From Cirrosporium novae-zelandiae (taxonomy: Eukaryota), in the NCBI GenBank assembly GCA_026023565.1, contig JAPETS010000018.1, forward strand, positions 62,001-126,000: a DNA stretch of 64,000 nucleotides, in the 5' to 3' direction. The position numbers were made by a program, and so were the translations under genes. Below are positions 25,527 through 38,895 of this stretch, in pieces. The notes beneath the pieces were generated by a model. That model saw nothing but the letters and a program-made list of their open reading frames with translations. It was not told where the DNA came from and ran no database searches. The stretch's first letter is position 1. Each line of letters opens with the position of its first letter.

Positions 25527-27218
25527 CACACACAACAGATGACTACTTCGCGTATAATTTAAACGTGAGTGACAGTCAATCTTGGCATGATACGAGAGAA
25601 TCCCACGAAAGGGCTAGGAAAGCACGCTTCAGCGTTGCTGGCAAAGTAACCATCCGTGGGGTGAAGGAAAGTAAGTGTGTAACCATAGACGTTTGCGCGC
25701 GCTTTGATCGGATGGATAGAAGAGTTTCTGGGTGAGAATTTGGTGAATATAGTTGTGGGGGAAGTAAAAGGTTGAGATTCAAGTATCTATTCTTTGTTAA
25801 GGTGGAGGGGGATGGAGATTTGAAATGGACGGTGGAGGGTAAAAGTGTTGAAGTAGCTTGTAGGTTGATACGGCCTTCGGGACGTGGGAGCCAGGACCAC
25901 GTTGGATGCGAGGCTAACGGTAATGCGCGAATAATAAGTGTGGCCAAGCAAGAAGCTATATGGACCAGGGGGGACAGAGGTCATCTAGATACAATAATAA
26001 TACAAAGATTACGGGGGAAGGGACAACCAAATGGAAAAATCCATGGAAGGGGGAAGGGTGGTGGGGGGGGGGGGGAAAGATGAGGGATGACAGATGTGTT
26101 GGAATTCGGAAAGAATAATAATAATGCAAAGTGGGAAGAGAGAGAAAGAGAGGGGGACGAAAGAGGAAGGGAGAGAATAGTTTAGGTGATGGTGAGAAGA
26201 GTGTGTAGGTAGTAGTAGTAGTGGTGGTAGTGGTAGTTTGGTGGTAGTTGGTAAGTAGTGGTAATGGGTAGGGCATTAAAGGCACTTGAACAAGTTTGGG
26301 CAAATGAATCCCAGGGCCAAAAGACTCTTTTTTTCCTTAGGCGCCATTTGGATTGGCGCCCAGGGTTTTTTTTTTCCTTTTCTTCTTAATTATGGCCTGG
26401 TACTTAATGCTGGTCAATGACACTAAAAGCTTTTATCTGGCAAGGTCCCATACCAAATCCTCACCTCACCTCACCTCATGGATACCACAGAAGACAGACT
26501 ATCACCATTATTCAGACTCCCAATGTCTATGATTGCTTTTTTATTTTTAATTTTTATTCTTATTTTATTTTACATTTCTATTCACAATCCATACCTTGAT
26601 CCGATAGGGTTTTTTATTAATTTAAATCCTTTAGGAATAGCCTTGTAATCTTTCATGTACCGATGTATTTATTACTCTTATTGGCATATTCCTTCCCTGG
26701 TTATCAAAGCAAAATAAACGGGAGCAATGATGGCATGACTAGCCAAGTATCCAAAGTACATTTGCTGAAGTAATTGACTGAATGAATGTATAATTCCGAG
26801 TAATGTACCAGACAGGACAGTAATTTCGAATGTCGGAGGGAACAAGAATTGATGAGGTTCGAGTGGGCCAAGACACTAACGGGGACTTTCTCCAGATTAC
26901 AAGATTACCTAAGGGTCGAAGGCTGTTTGTATGTGGCTTCTAGAAAAGGCAACCAAACACACAACCTCAATATCAACAACATCCCTTGGAAGAGAATTGG
27001 TCTAACATGTGCCCCCATCCCACCTGCTTTCCTTTTCAACTTTTCCAACCCTGAGATCAAGTAAGAGTTCTGCAACAAAAAAAAATTAAGAAAAAAAAAT
27101 TGGAAAAAATAACTGGTGACTTTGATTCTTTTATTATTTCACCCATAATTTAACAATTTAATCTTGGATTCCCCCGATCTCTGTATTGTATCATCCGACA
27201 CAGAACAACATCTAAAGT

Positions 27219-30205
27219 ATGGTCGACAAGCTCAGCCATTTCCCAGCCAATCAAACTCTGCGCTTACCAACTTCGGTCGACAAGTACAGAGAACGTCAAG
27301 AACTTCAAGATACTACCACCACCACCAAATCCACTACTGCTACCTCCATCAACAGCCTGCATGCTGGCGCCAAAAGACCATACCAAGAATTCACAAATCC
27401 GACAACAATAGCAACAACTATTCAAGCTAATATACGTGGCCCAACTGTGAATAACATCATCCCTTCAGGGCCACATTTCCAGCATTCTAGCCACGCGAGG
27501 TTACCTGGCACTCCCTCGGAGCGGAAGATTCAAGCCAGTCTCATCTCCCCCGGTCTTACTTCAACGCCATCGGAATGGTCTCGGAGAAATGCCGCATTGC
27601 CTAATGGTACCCCTCGTCCTTCACAGAATCCCTTGCTTTCTTTATCTCATCCAAGATATGGTCTTCCTTCATCCTTGGTCAATAATTTTTTTTCCTTAGG
27701 CATCAGTAGCATTTATCCATGGCAATCTGCATGTCTCCTCGGTCATGGCCTTCTCACAGGCGAAAAGAATTTGGTCTATACCGCCCCGACTGGAGGCGGT
27801 AAATCCCTTGTCGCCGATGTTCTCATGCTAAAAAATGTCATTGAGAATCCAGGCAAAAAAGCAATTTTGGTGTTACCCTATGTTGCCTTGGTCCAAGAAA
27901 AGTTGGCCTGGCTTCGACGAGCTGTTGACGGTGTAGCTAAAAATATCAGCTCTCAGGATCTGCAATGGAAGAAAACCTCTAGATGGCAAGCTCAATCACC
28001 GGAGCTTATTCACGTCGCAGGTTTTTTCGGTGGTAGCAAAAGTACAGTATCATGGAGGGATGTCGATATTGCAATTTGCACAATCGAGAAAGCAAATTCT
28101 CTAGTTAATGCTGCAATTGAAGAGTGTACGGTTGATTCCTTAGGTATAATTGTTATAGACGAACTTCACATGATTGATGATGACCATCGTGGGTATTTGA
28201 TGGAGTTGGTGGCCACTAAATTAATGACATTACAGATCGGTGTTCAAATTATTGGTATGAGCGCGACGTTGGCAAACGTCGAGGTCCTTGCTCAATGGTT
28301 GCACGCCAAATTTTATCAGTCAAAATACAGACCAATACCCATTGATGAGCATTTAGTGTACGATAATGCCATTTATCCTGCAGGCTCCTCGAAAGCATTT
28401 TTTAAAACGGTAAGTCAGCTCAAACTCAATTCCACGGAACCACAGAATTCGCAAGACTCTCTTCTTCCTGAGAGAACTATCGCTGCTTCTGATTTCCCGG
28501 AACTGAAAAGACCTGTAACAAATGCAGTGGTCGCTTTGGCTGTTGAAACAGCCCTGTCAGGATATGGTGCTCTACTCTTTTGCAGTGGACGTCAAATCTG
28601 TCAGAATATATCTGAGCTTGTTGCACGAGCAATGCCAGATGAACAAATGTCCCAGGAAATTTTGGATCATCGAAGAGATGTTATTAGTGACTTACGTAGC
28701 CTACCAGTTGGACTGGATGTAGTTCTGCAAAAAACAGTAATGAATGGAGTTGCGTTCCATCGTTCGTTGTCCTCCTAGCTCTAATCAAATTCCTCTTGGC
28801 TGACAGCCCTACAGATGCTGGTCTTACCGTGGAAGAGCGTGAAATTGTAGCTACCGCTTATGATAAAGGCTACCTCAAAGTTATGGTTGCCACATGCAGT
28901 CTTGCGGCTGGCATAAACCTTCCTGCGAGGCGAGTTATCTTACATGGTGCTAGGATGGGACGAGATTTAGTTGGTCCTGCCATGTTACGTCAAATGCGTG
29001 GTCGTGCTGGTCGAAAGGGGAAAGATGAGGTTGGTGAGACTTATCTATGCTGTCAGAGAGAAGACCTTGAAGACGTGGTGGAGCTCATGGAAGCTGAGTT
29101 GCCTCCTCTGAAGAGTTGTCTTGTGCCTGAGAAACCAGGACTTAAAAGGTAATTATTCATAGTGATCAATATTATCAAACTGCTAATAAATACTAGAGCT
29201 CTGCTTGAGGCTATTGGGACAAAACTCGCCACCAGCGCCGATGCTATTGAAGAATACATGGCATGCACTTTAACCCGTTGGACATCGGAAAATGCAGACA
29301 AGCTTTTGGCAGAGGTGAAAACAACCCTTCAGGAGCTAGTATCCCAAAACTTGATTGTATCAAGCGAAAACGAGTTCTACGAGCCTACTCTTCTAGGTCA
29401 AGCTATTGTGGGATCGTCCCTCGCTCCCGAAGATGGCATCTTCGTTCATGAGGAGTTGTTACGAGCCCAGAGATCCTTCGTATTAGACGGCGAATTTCAC
29501 ATATTTTATCTCTTCACACCCATTCAGTCTGACGACTTTTCTGCCATAAACTGGCAAATATTTCGCAATGAAATGGAGCGACTCGACGACAGCGGCATGC
29601 GCGTGTTGGGCGCCATCAGCATCAACCCAGCCTTTGTCAACCGAATGGTTCAAAGTGGCGCCACCCTCAAATCCGATACCTCTGCGACCTTAAACACTGT
29701 CCGGATATACCGTCGCTGCTACTCGGCCTTCCAGCTACGGGATCTATGCAACGAAATTCCTATCCACAAGGTGGCTCAAAAATACGATATGCCACGCGGA
29801 CACGTCCAAACCCTAGCACAGACGTGCAATGGATTTGCGGCGGGAATGATCCGCTTCTGTCGGATCATGGGTTGGGGCATGCTGTCAGCGATCCTGGACC
29901 ACATGAGCGACCGGCTCAAAGCAGGCGCGAAAGCCGACCTGTTGGACATGGTCAAAGTAACATTCGTGAAGAGTCGGACGGCGCGGGTGTTGTGGGAAAA
30001 CGGGTTCAAAAGCGTAGCGGCTCTTGCTGCTGCAGATCCCAAGGACCTGGTACCCGTACTGGTCTTGGCACAGGGCAGGAAGCTGAGGCTGGAGGGTGAG
30101 GATGAGGAGAGGCTGAAGCAGAAGCTGCAGGCTAAGGCGGAGGTGATTGTGGAGAGCGCGAATAAAGTTTGGGAGCAGCAGCAGATGATAGAAATAGAGG
30201 AGTGA
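27219..30205 (+). CDS. Ski2-like SF2 DNA helicase, HELQ/POLQ-helicase-like (no polymerase domain)
   Basis: Exons 27219-28761, 28815-29148 and 29197-30205. Motifs APTGGGKS, DELH, GMSAT, FHHAGL (across the splice), LAAGINLPARRV and QMRGRAGRKG. Confidence 0.9.
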
Positions 30206-32157
30206 AATGGAAATTAAATGGGTTTGGATTAGCACAAATAAGCAAAGAGGAATCTTGGCCTTGATGGGATTGTTGGAAATAGAAATAGAAATAGAGATAT
30301 GCCTTGTTAGGGAGGCGCAGCATGTAATTGAAGTAAAGTTAGAAAGGAATCAAATTCCAAAAACATAAAACATTTGCAATAACCGCCACACTGTGGTAGT
30401 AGAGTTAATCAATCCTTGATACCATACCATACCCATTATATCCCAACTCCCACTTCTCACTTCTCCTAGAAAAACATACACATTCTCATCCTCAAATATA
30501 AAGAAAAAAACCACTACATATCCAAAATTAACTAATTAACTTGTGATCATCTCGAATTCCAAATTCATCCAAGGGGACAAGGGTATGGAATGGAATGGAA
30601 TAAAAAAATCCTCCTAAGCAAACCCCGACTGACTGACTGACCGACTGAGCTGAAATCCAGGAAAATTCAAAGCGCAAAAGCCAAAAATCCTCCCCCCCTC
30701 CAAAAAGAATAGGAAATTTAGATCTCTTTTCATTTACTAGTTTATTCAGTTATCAATACATTTCAGGCTAATCATTAGACTATCTGGATTCTGGATATAT
30801 AACAATTAAATCCTCAAAGGGTGGTCCGTTCCCTATATACTCGGGTACGAATTCTTCTTCTGACTATTAGTTAAGGTAAGGTAGGGTAGGTAAGGTAGGG
30901 TTTTAATTGTTGAAGAGATAAAAACCCGCGGGCTGAAATAAATTATACTTCTTCTCTAAGAACCATGAACTAGAGAAGGGTGAGAGTGAGAGAAAGAAAG
31001 AGAGAAAGAGATATAATAATCCCCTAATATTATTTTTATTTTATTTTATTCACATGCCCATCTTACGAATAATTGTCCTAAGTTCCCCCATCGTCCCATC
31101 CGTGCCATCCCATCCCCATCCGAGTTCCGTTCATAGTCAGGGATTTAAAAAAAAACCAACCCGTTAACGAACAACCGAACCAGCCCTGACCCCATTTTAT
31201 ATTAACCATTGTACCTAATTTTAGGTGTTTATTACTCTAGTTCTATCTATCCTTGGTTAATAACCGTATGGAGTAATTAGTTGCGCTAGAGGGGGCGGGG
31301 GGGTTTGGATAGTAGGAGATGGGCTCCCGATGTTTCCCCTTTTGGGTGCGGATAATTATGGATATGGGATTTGTGCTGTATTGGATTGTACTATGCTGTA
31401 CTGTGCTGTGCCGTGTGAATACGTATTGTATTGGATTCGAAGTCCCGGGAGGGAGATCTTTGGTCTTGCTTGGTCTTGATCTTGACTGTGGTCAGGGTCG
31501 GGGGGGTTATAAAGTAAGGAAGGGAGGAAATTCTTGACTTGGTGTTTGGTGTTTCGGACTGGGGGTTGGTTGTTTACTGTGTGTCTATAATTAAGATAGG
31601 TGATGTTTACTACGGTGCAGTGTATCGAATTTTGAAACGATAGTGAATAATGATGATGATATGATATACTGAGTTAAATGATTACCTATGTAGTTAGGTA
31701 ATTAACAAAGTACCTAAAGAATATAGATAAAGAAAAAAAGAAAGAAACTTCCGAAAATGTGTTTTTTTTTTGGTTGATTGGATGGAGGTCTATCTAGCTA
31801 GCATAATAGCATTTGGCCTCCCTCTCATATACATATACAAACAGAGTTATTTAATCCGAGTTCCAAAAAAAAAAGTCCCTTTCCTTTCACGAGCACCATA
31901 CACACACATATAGCCTGAAAACGCCTAGCTACCTACTCAGGTTAGAATAAAATTTTTCTCTGCTTTTCTTTTCATATCTTTTCCTTTCCTTCCATCTCTT
32001 CCCTTTTTTCTAAAGGCGATCAATCTCCAACGACACAGTTCAACGGGGGGCTAGCTATGAGACTATATAAGAATGAAAAAAGCACAAATGGTCTAGAGAG
32101 AGCTGTTCTTTTGGTATTTCTTTAATATAATAAAAGGGCTGGAGATGTTAGAACCGA

Positions 32158-33700
32158 TTACCCCTGGTGTAGTTTCTTGATCCTAGTGGCACCTTCGTAG
32201 ACACCGCGATCAATGGCTGCGGCTACAGTGAGTGTACCACCGATGATGGCGCAAATGCCGGTAAGGAATGCAGATAGAGATTTAGAGCGTTCTTCGTGGT
32301 TGATGACTTTCATAGGTGATATATCCTAGTACCGTATAAGTAAACAATGTTTTACTGCTTACTCTCCTTTAAGACGAGGGCTGATGGATCAGAGTGGAAA
32401 AGGGGATGACTTACATATGAGAAGAAAACACCTGGGATACCACCATGGGCATGCATTCTTTCCTTGTGACCCTCACTGGCGTCATTGCCACCGCTCAAAC
32501 TCCGCTTGTGGCTTGTTACAGAATATTGATGCGTTTCAATGCTGCCATCTGCGCCACGACCTTGTGCGCCAATTGGCATGAGCTCGGCGGGAATATCGCT
32601 TTGGCCAATAGATGAAAGACCCTTAGACGCGTCCCAACCTAGAGGAATATAGGATGTCGAGACAACCTTCACGAAGTACATGTAGTTGAAAGAAGGTTCG
32701 TCTGTCTCTTGCTTGGTGCCGTCAAGTGGATTCATGCGTTCGCGTGTCCAGGGAAGTGCGACATTAGATGTAAGCCTCTCCGTCACATATTCAGGCAATT
32801 GTGGGCCGAAATTTAACTGATGAATCTCATGGCTGAACGTATGTCCTCCCTCGACAGGGCTATTGAAGAAATTCTGCAAATCATGCACGTGCATATTCCC
32901 ATTGCTGAAACTCCTTCCAGGTGCGATATGGAAATTTCCAACAACCTTGTTAACACGAATGCCACCTTCGATGCGACAACCCTCGCGGCGTTGCTCGTCA
33001 AGATGCTCGCCGTAGTGCTCGCGCTCACATTGTTCTACATTTTCTCCACGACCAAAAGCCCAGGAAACAGAGGCATACGCCTCGCGTACTTCGTCACAGG
33101 TATTGCAGCAACCAGCCTTTAAGCCGTTTGGAGGGCTTGGGGCGCCATAGCATTCGCCGCAGTAGTCGGGATCAAGGTGAGCGCCTCCCTTTTCGGTAGG
33201 ATTGCTGGATGGACATGTTAGTTTAGGAACAAGAGAAACATGTGGTTGTGTTAACTTACAGATCTAGAGGCTTGGTATCAATGGCTTGACCACCATCAGA
33301 GACAGGGGAAAGCCTGATTTTGTTAACACCGTGGGCGACTCCAGTTTGTTGTTCTCCGGAGACATCCATGACGTCCAAGGTAAGAAGCTCGCATGGTATC
33401 CGTGGAAATGTTATGTTCAAATGTATCTCCATTCTCTCCCCTACAATAATGAAGCGCTAATGTCAGCAGCCAGCCCAATTGAGACGGCACCGAATGAATG
33501 TAAATACCTCTCCCCTTATCGACAACCAACTCAGGATGGACAACTATCTGGCGATAATCTGTCCATTCTCCCCATATCAAATAAAGTATTATAATCAGTG
33601 AAGCAATTGTAACGATTCCTCCAGACGTTGTCCGGACTCGAGCATCCTCGACGGTCTTTGTAAAGGCATCCAGCCTCGTGAATCTTGATTTCACGGGCAT
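32158..33700 (-). CDS. ERV46: ER-derived vesicle protein Erv46 / ERGIC3
   Basis: Exons 33700-33508, 33440-33260, 33204-32415 and 32325-32158. RLDAFTKTVEDARVRTTSGG, YCGECYGA, EGCRIEG..VNKVVGNFHI and PGVFFSYDISPMKV motifs; C-terminal TM and KKLH. Confidence 0.95.
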
Positions 33701-35789
33701 TTTGAAATAAAGTGAAGCGAAGTTTATGAATGTGAGCTGAGCCTGAGCTCTAAGAGGTCCAAATGGTATCGTGATATGTGTGGTGTAGACAGTCTCCCTG
33801 TCCCTTTCAGATGCCGGCTGGGGGGGTAAATTTCAAAGAGGTTGTCACCTAAACATAATTCGATTTCTCCGAATTAAGAAAGTAGGCAAAGTGGAAAAAA
33901 GAGTATGACAAATAAAGTATAGCAGGTTAATTAGTAAAGGAGCGAATGGATGGTGAATGGAATTACGGGGAAAATATGTTGTATTGAAGGGAGAAGTTAA
34001 GGAAGAATCTTGACACCTTTACTCTTTAGTCTACAGATTATTGAGATGCCCCTATGATTGGCTCCCCGCTTAAGCTGTTTTTAGGCCTGAGGCCTGAGGC
34101 CGCAAACCTATAAGGCACGTGCTAGGTACGTGCTAATTTAGGCACGTTTTATTCACCATCGTCTCGGCTTTTGGTTTATTCCTCTCATCAAATAATACCT
34201 AAAAGCGTGGGGGGGGATTTTAATTATGCAAAATCAAAATTCCGATATCCATTAGATTTTTTGCTTTATGTATAATGATAATGATTAACGGTATCTTCCT
34301 TTATGCAGCTAGTTGGGCCTTGATAGAGACCCGTACATGGTACTAATATAAGTCAAAGCTCAAAGGATATCCATCATGGCAAGCAACATAAATTTCTCGA
34401 CTAGCTGATGGAGCTGCCTTATAAGAAATATCATACATAGTCTAATCATATATCTCATTCAACGACAGCAACAAAACAAAGCAAGGTCATCTTTAATGAT
34501 AACTCAGTCTCATGATTTATGAATAGTATGTAGCCACGGATTGAAGTGAGTTGATCATCCAAAGTCCTGCCTAGTGCTCGGACTTGGTGCCTAGGAATCA
34601 AGACTTCGATGACTAGAAGCTTCAATTCTCAATACTTCTACTTTTTCTCGCATCAAGCGAACAACAGTGCTTCGCGCTATTGACCATTTAAATCCATTGC
34701 TAAGAAGTAATCAGTTTAAACCTCACCATTTGTTTCGTACGATGAAACCAATCGAAAGTAGGTAGTTACCAATACCTTACAGTTTGTGATTTCCTCAGGG
34801 GACTTCACCAATGTCGATTCCCGACGTGCCCGAACCGGAAGTGACTTGCAGCTAAGGTTGAAATGGTTTGCATTAGTGTTTGCATGAACATCTGGGGGAT
34901 CCGGGTATGTCGCCACACAATAAATTCAGATCTATTCTTTACAATATGCTCATAAATCGTTGTTTGTATGATTTAAGGTACTTTCTTGAGTATTAATTAC
35001 TTAGATACCTAGGCACTGAGACAATTATTTTAGCGCATCCCAGTGAATAGAAGCCTAAAGTCTTAGCGCCTAATAATGCCTGAAAACTTAGAGAACAATA
35101 AGGTGTATCTTAGAGGTGTATTAATAAATAAAGTTTCATCCCACACACCAACGCCAACTATTTCTCAACGTCACTTCTTCTCTTCTCTCTCTCTAAACTT
35201 CTACAACTTCTTCTTCACATCTCTCACACAAAGACTACAATTTCTCCTCAGTCACTTCCTGCAAGATTGGACAGACGATTTGGCCTATTCATTGGAAGAC
35301 CTCTCAGTCTCCTCTCATAATCCATACTCTCTTTTGGGCATAGAATTTGCTATATCTCACCAGTGCTTCTTACATATTGGCATTCTTGGTTGAGCTTACT
35401 TCTACTAAAAAGTCGTTTGACTAAACAACTACCTACATCATCGGTCGATCATATTTCTCTCTCCAACAATTCAAACATTAAACAAACATTCATCAATCCA
35501 CAAAGAGTGATCGCACCTTATATATCTCACCCTAGTCAAAGGCAACATACCATTACATACAGGCCAACCAGACCTTCTACTTTTGTGCAGTTGAAGGAAT
35601 ACATCACAAATACCAATCCATTTATCACACTGGTCGATCGGAATTCCGATTCTTGTCTAGGGCTTAGGCACTCCACTACAAAATCCAGCGACGAAAGTGC
35701 GCAGTGGAGCTCTACCGCGCCTTTCGCTTCTCTTGCCGAAGTTCTAAACCCTACACGCGAACAAACACTTGTCTAAACAACTAAAAAAA

Positions 35790-37781
35790 ATGGGTACACA
35801 CACCACAACTCACAAGCGCCGTGGTGGACCACGGATAGATAAAGATGGTGACCTTGTTATGGATACTCCAACAAATAGAGGAGGAATCAATAAACGAGCT
35901 CGTACCCGTCTTCCAAACTCCACCCAACACCATCAACAGGACGGTCCAAAGTTACGACGGTCCGTTGATCTGGTTAGTGCTCAAGGCGCCATAATCCGCG
36001 GTATAGCCAATGGCAATGCCCGTCTGAAGGGACCCAAAGCTGCAGTGGATGACATAGTCAAAGAATTCGCACTTGGATCGAAGGCAGTAGATCGCAGCAA
36101 CCTCCAGCATCTCAAGGTCTATGGATGGCACCTCTCCAAAGCTAAACACAGTGCTCATCGCGGTACCCCTCAACTAGTGGGCTTCCTCGAACGGAAGGCC
36201 AATACCCACAAAACCACAGGCGAGGCATCAGCGACCATCCAACGCTCTCGTATTGAAGGCAACTCCTTGATCATTTCAGTGAAAGCAGAGGACAAAGCCA
36301 AATTCCTCAGGATAGACGGCTACAACTTTGCCGGAGCCAACATCACTATCTCAGAATATGGACCAAGAAGATCATCAAATTCATCCCCACCAAATTCTCA
36401 GTCCATCAATACGGCCGATCAAGACATGACCGAGCTCATCAAAGAAACCATGGTTGCGTTTCTAAATCGTCGCTACAATGCCTCGGAAAGATTTCTAGAT
36501 CTATCAGCTCTAGGGTCCGACCCACAACTCATGTCTGTAGGCATGTTTAGTGAAGCATCCAGAGTATCCAAATTTTTCCGTGTCCTTATGACTATCTGCG
36601 ATGCTCAATTCGATACCTTCAAGGCCAAGCAAGCAGCTGTCATTAGCGTCAGCCTTGCAAACAACCAGCTACCAGATATTGCCAATGTCATTACCCTTGC
36701 TCGATCTTTTCCAGCTCTCAAGAACCTGGATCTTTCAAATAACCAGTTACGCACTGTGGATGACCTCTATGGCTGGAAATACAAATTTCGGCAACTAGAC
36801 CATCTGATTATTACCGGAAATCCTATCGAATCTCAGTTGAATTATCACGAGGAACTACTGAAGTGGTTTCCAAAACTCAGAATGCTGAACAACATTCAAG
36901 TTCGTTCGGATGAGGAGATTGCTCAAAAAAGCAAACTTCCAATCAAAACACTACCCCCAATTTTCGACGACGAAGGAGGTATTGGTGAGACTTTTATCAA
37001 GATGTTCTTCCCCGGTTTTGATAGTGACCGTACTGGACTTGCCAATTTCTTCTACACTCCTACGTCAACCTTTTCTCTTAGCGTCAACACTTCGGCACAA
37101 AGGGCACAAGCCACATCAGCCGAGCTCAAGCCTGCAGCTTGGGATCACTACATTAAGAAGAGCCGGAATCTGAATAAGATAACACACTTACCTGCTCGAA
37201 TGTCACGCCTTTTCACTGGACCACAGTCCATTAGCGACGCGTGGAAAACTCTACCACCAACCCGCCATCCCGACCTTATGAACGATAGTCCTAAGTGGCT
37301 TATCGAATGTCATCAGCTCCAATCTCTTCCAGATCCTACACATCAATATCCTCAGGGGGTTACTGGTCTTCTCGTCACGGTCCATGGACAGTTTGACGAA
37401 ATCGACTTGTCGACTTCTAAAGTTTTGCATACACGCAGCTTCGATCGTACTTTCACTCTTGGACCTGGTATCAATCCAGGAGAGGTCAAGGTCTACAACG
37501 ATCTCATGATTTTGCGGGCTTATGGAGGACACGAGGCCTGGATCCCCGACTCGACTACGAGCAATACACCACAACCTCCGGAAGGCTATGGCCAACCTCT
37601 CCCCGGAAAGACAGACGAGCAGATACAGAAGGAGCATATGGTCTTGCAGGTGATGGATGCAACAAATTTGACCATGGATTATTCTATCATGTGTCTTGAA
37701 GGGAGTCAATGGAATTTGGAAACTGCGGCAGCAAATTTCAATGCTGCAAAGGATAATTTACCACGCGAAGCGTTCCGATAA
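35790..37781 (+). CDS. MEX67: mRNA export receptor Mex67/NXF1
   Basis: Single exon. R/G-rich N-terminus (DKDGDLVMD), LRR (SVSLANN, LKNLDLSNN, GNPI), NTF2-like domain (LLVTVHGQF, RSFDRTFTL) and TAP-C (CLEGSQWNLE..F..LPREAF). Confidence 0.92.
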   Translation: MGTHTTTHKRRGGPRIDKDGDLVMDTPTNRGGINKRARTRLPNSTQHHQQDGPKLRRSVDLVSAQGAIIRGIANGNARLKGPKAAVDDIVKEFALGSKAVDRSNLQHLKVYGWHLSKAKHSAHRGTPQLVGFLERKANTHKTTGEASATIQRSRIEGNSLIISVKAEDKAKFLRIDGYNFAGANITISEYGPRRSSNSSPPNSQSINTADQDMTELIKETMVAFLNRRYNASERFLDLSALGSDPQLMSVGMFSEASRVSKFFRVLMTICDAQFDTFKAKQAAVISVSLANNQLPDIANVITLARSFPALKNLDLSNNQLRTVDDLYGWKYKFRQLDHLIITGNPIESQLNYHEELLKWFPKLRMLNNIQVRSDEEIAQKSKLPIKTLPPIFDDEGGIGETFIKMFFPGFDSDRTGLANFFYTPTSTFSLSVNTSAQRAQATSAELKPAAWDHYIKKSRNLNKITHLPARMSRLFTGPQSISDAWKTLPPTRHPDLMNDSPKWLIECHQLQSLPDPTHQYPQGVTGLLVTVHGQFDEIDLSTSKVLHTRSFDRTFTLGPGINPGEVKVYNDLMILRAYGGHEAWIPDSTTSNTPQPPEGYGQPLPGKTDEQIQKEHMVLQVMDATNLTMDYSIMCLEGSQWNLETAAANFNAAKDNLPREAFR

Positions 37782-38895
37782 CCATAGCGTGTCGGTACGA
37801 ACACCTTCGAATCAGCATTATTAGGGCGATTCATCTACTCATGGTGGCTATTTTCGAGTACTTTTTTTCATGAATATGCATTGCGGTGGCGTTTGGGGAA
37901 GGACGGTAACATATTGGCAGAGATAGCATCATTATGGGCTTCTCTTATGAGCAGGGGTTTTTAAGGATGGACGTTATGGTTTTTTGATTCATGTAAAGGC
38001 ATTTTTGGGAAAAGCATGAAGGATGGATGAATGAAAGTAGGAATGCCATACTTAGGGCTCCTCATGATTAGCAAACCAGTGGCATATGCATATATAGCAA
38101 TTCAAATGCATCGGCAGAGATGCTATATTCCTCTGCCAGAATCTACCAACTGTTCAATATTCTTGTAATCTATCTCATCGAAGCCTTTCTGTAGTTAAGA
38201 TTATTTGGAAATTCATAAATATATGTCCAATCCCATGGTCGGTTTTACTAATTAGGTTGCAAAATTTCCGTTTGTTAGGAAACATGGTGTAGATTTCTAC
38301 AATTTTTGTAAGAAAGCTCCTTCTTGTTTTAAATATTATGGTTAGTCTAGATATGGATGAACTTTTAATCTAGAAAACCGGTAGAAGGTTCTATATCGTT
38401 AAACTGAAATACCACTCTCACTCTCTCGCTTGGAGGTCTGTCTCATAGATGGATACCCAGAGCATTTTCAAGGCGGCAAGCAGGCCTGCTACTGTACGCC
38501 CTATACTGTCTGTCGATAAATATGTCGCCAACGGATAATAATCTCGGCGTGGCTTCTTTAGAAGATTAATTAAAGTATTAGGGCTCTCTGTAATGGGTTG
38601 GGTGGATGGGTGGGTGCTTTGTTTTATTTTGTTTTATTTTGGCTTTGTGTATGTACTCGAGTAGCTCGTCATAATTGATGCATAGATAATGTAACACGAC
38701 AATTAGCATTATTATTATTACTATCATCATCATCATCATCTGACTAGACTATTGAAGCCACCAATTACATACATAGCCAGTGTTTTATTACAACGCTTTT
38801 CTTTCCTTCTTTGTTTCTTTCCTTCCTTATTTCCTTTTTGGAAATTGAAAACACAACCAAGGACCTTAACTTGTACAACTTGTTCACTCACTCAC

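Noticed and set aside
34716..34920. Possible structured ncRNA or hammerhead-like core (GATGA..GAAA)
   Set aside because: It lacks the CTGANGA core and the flanking stems.
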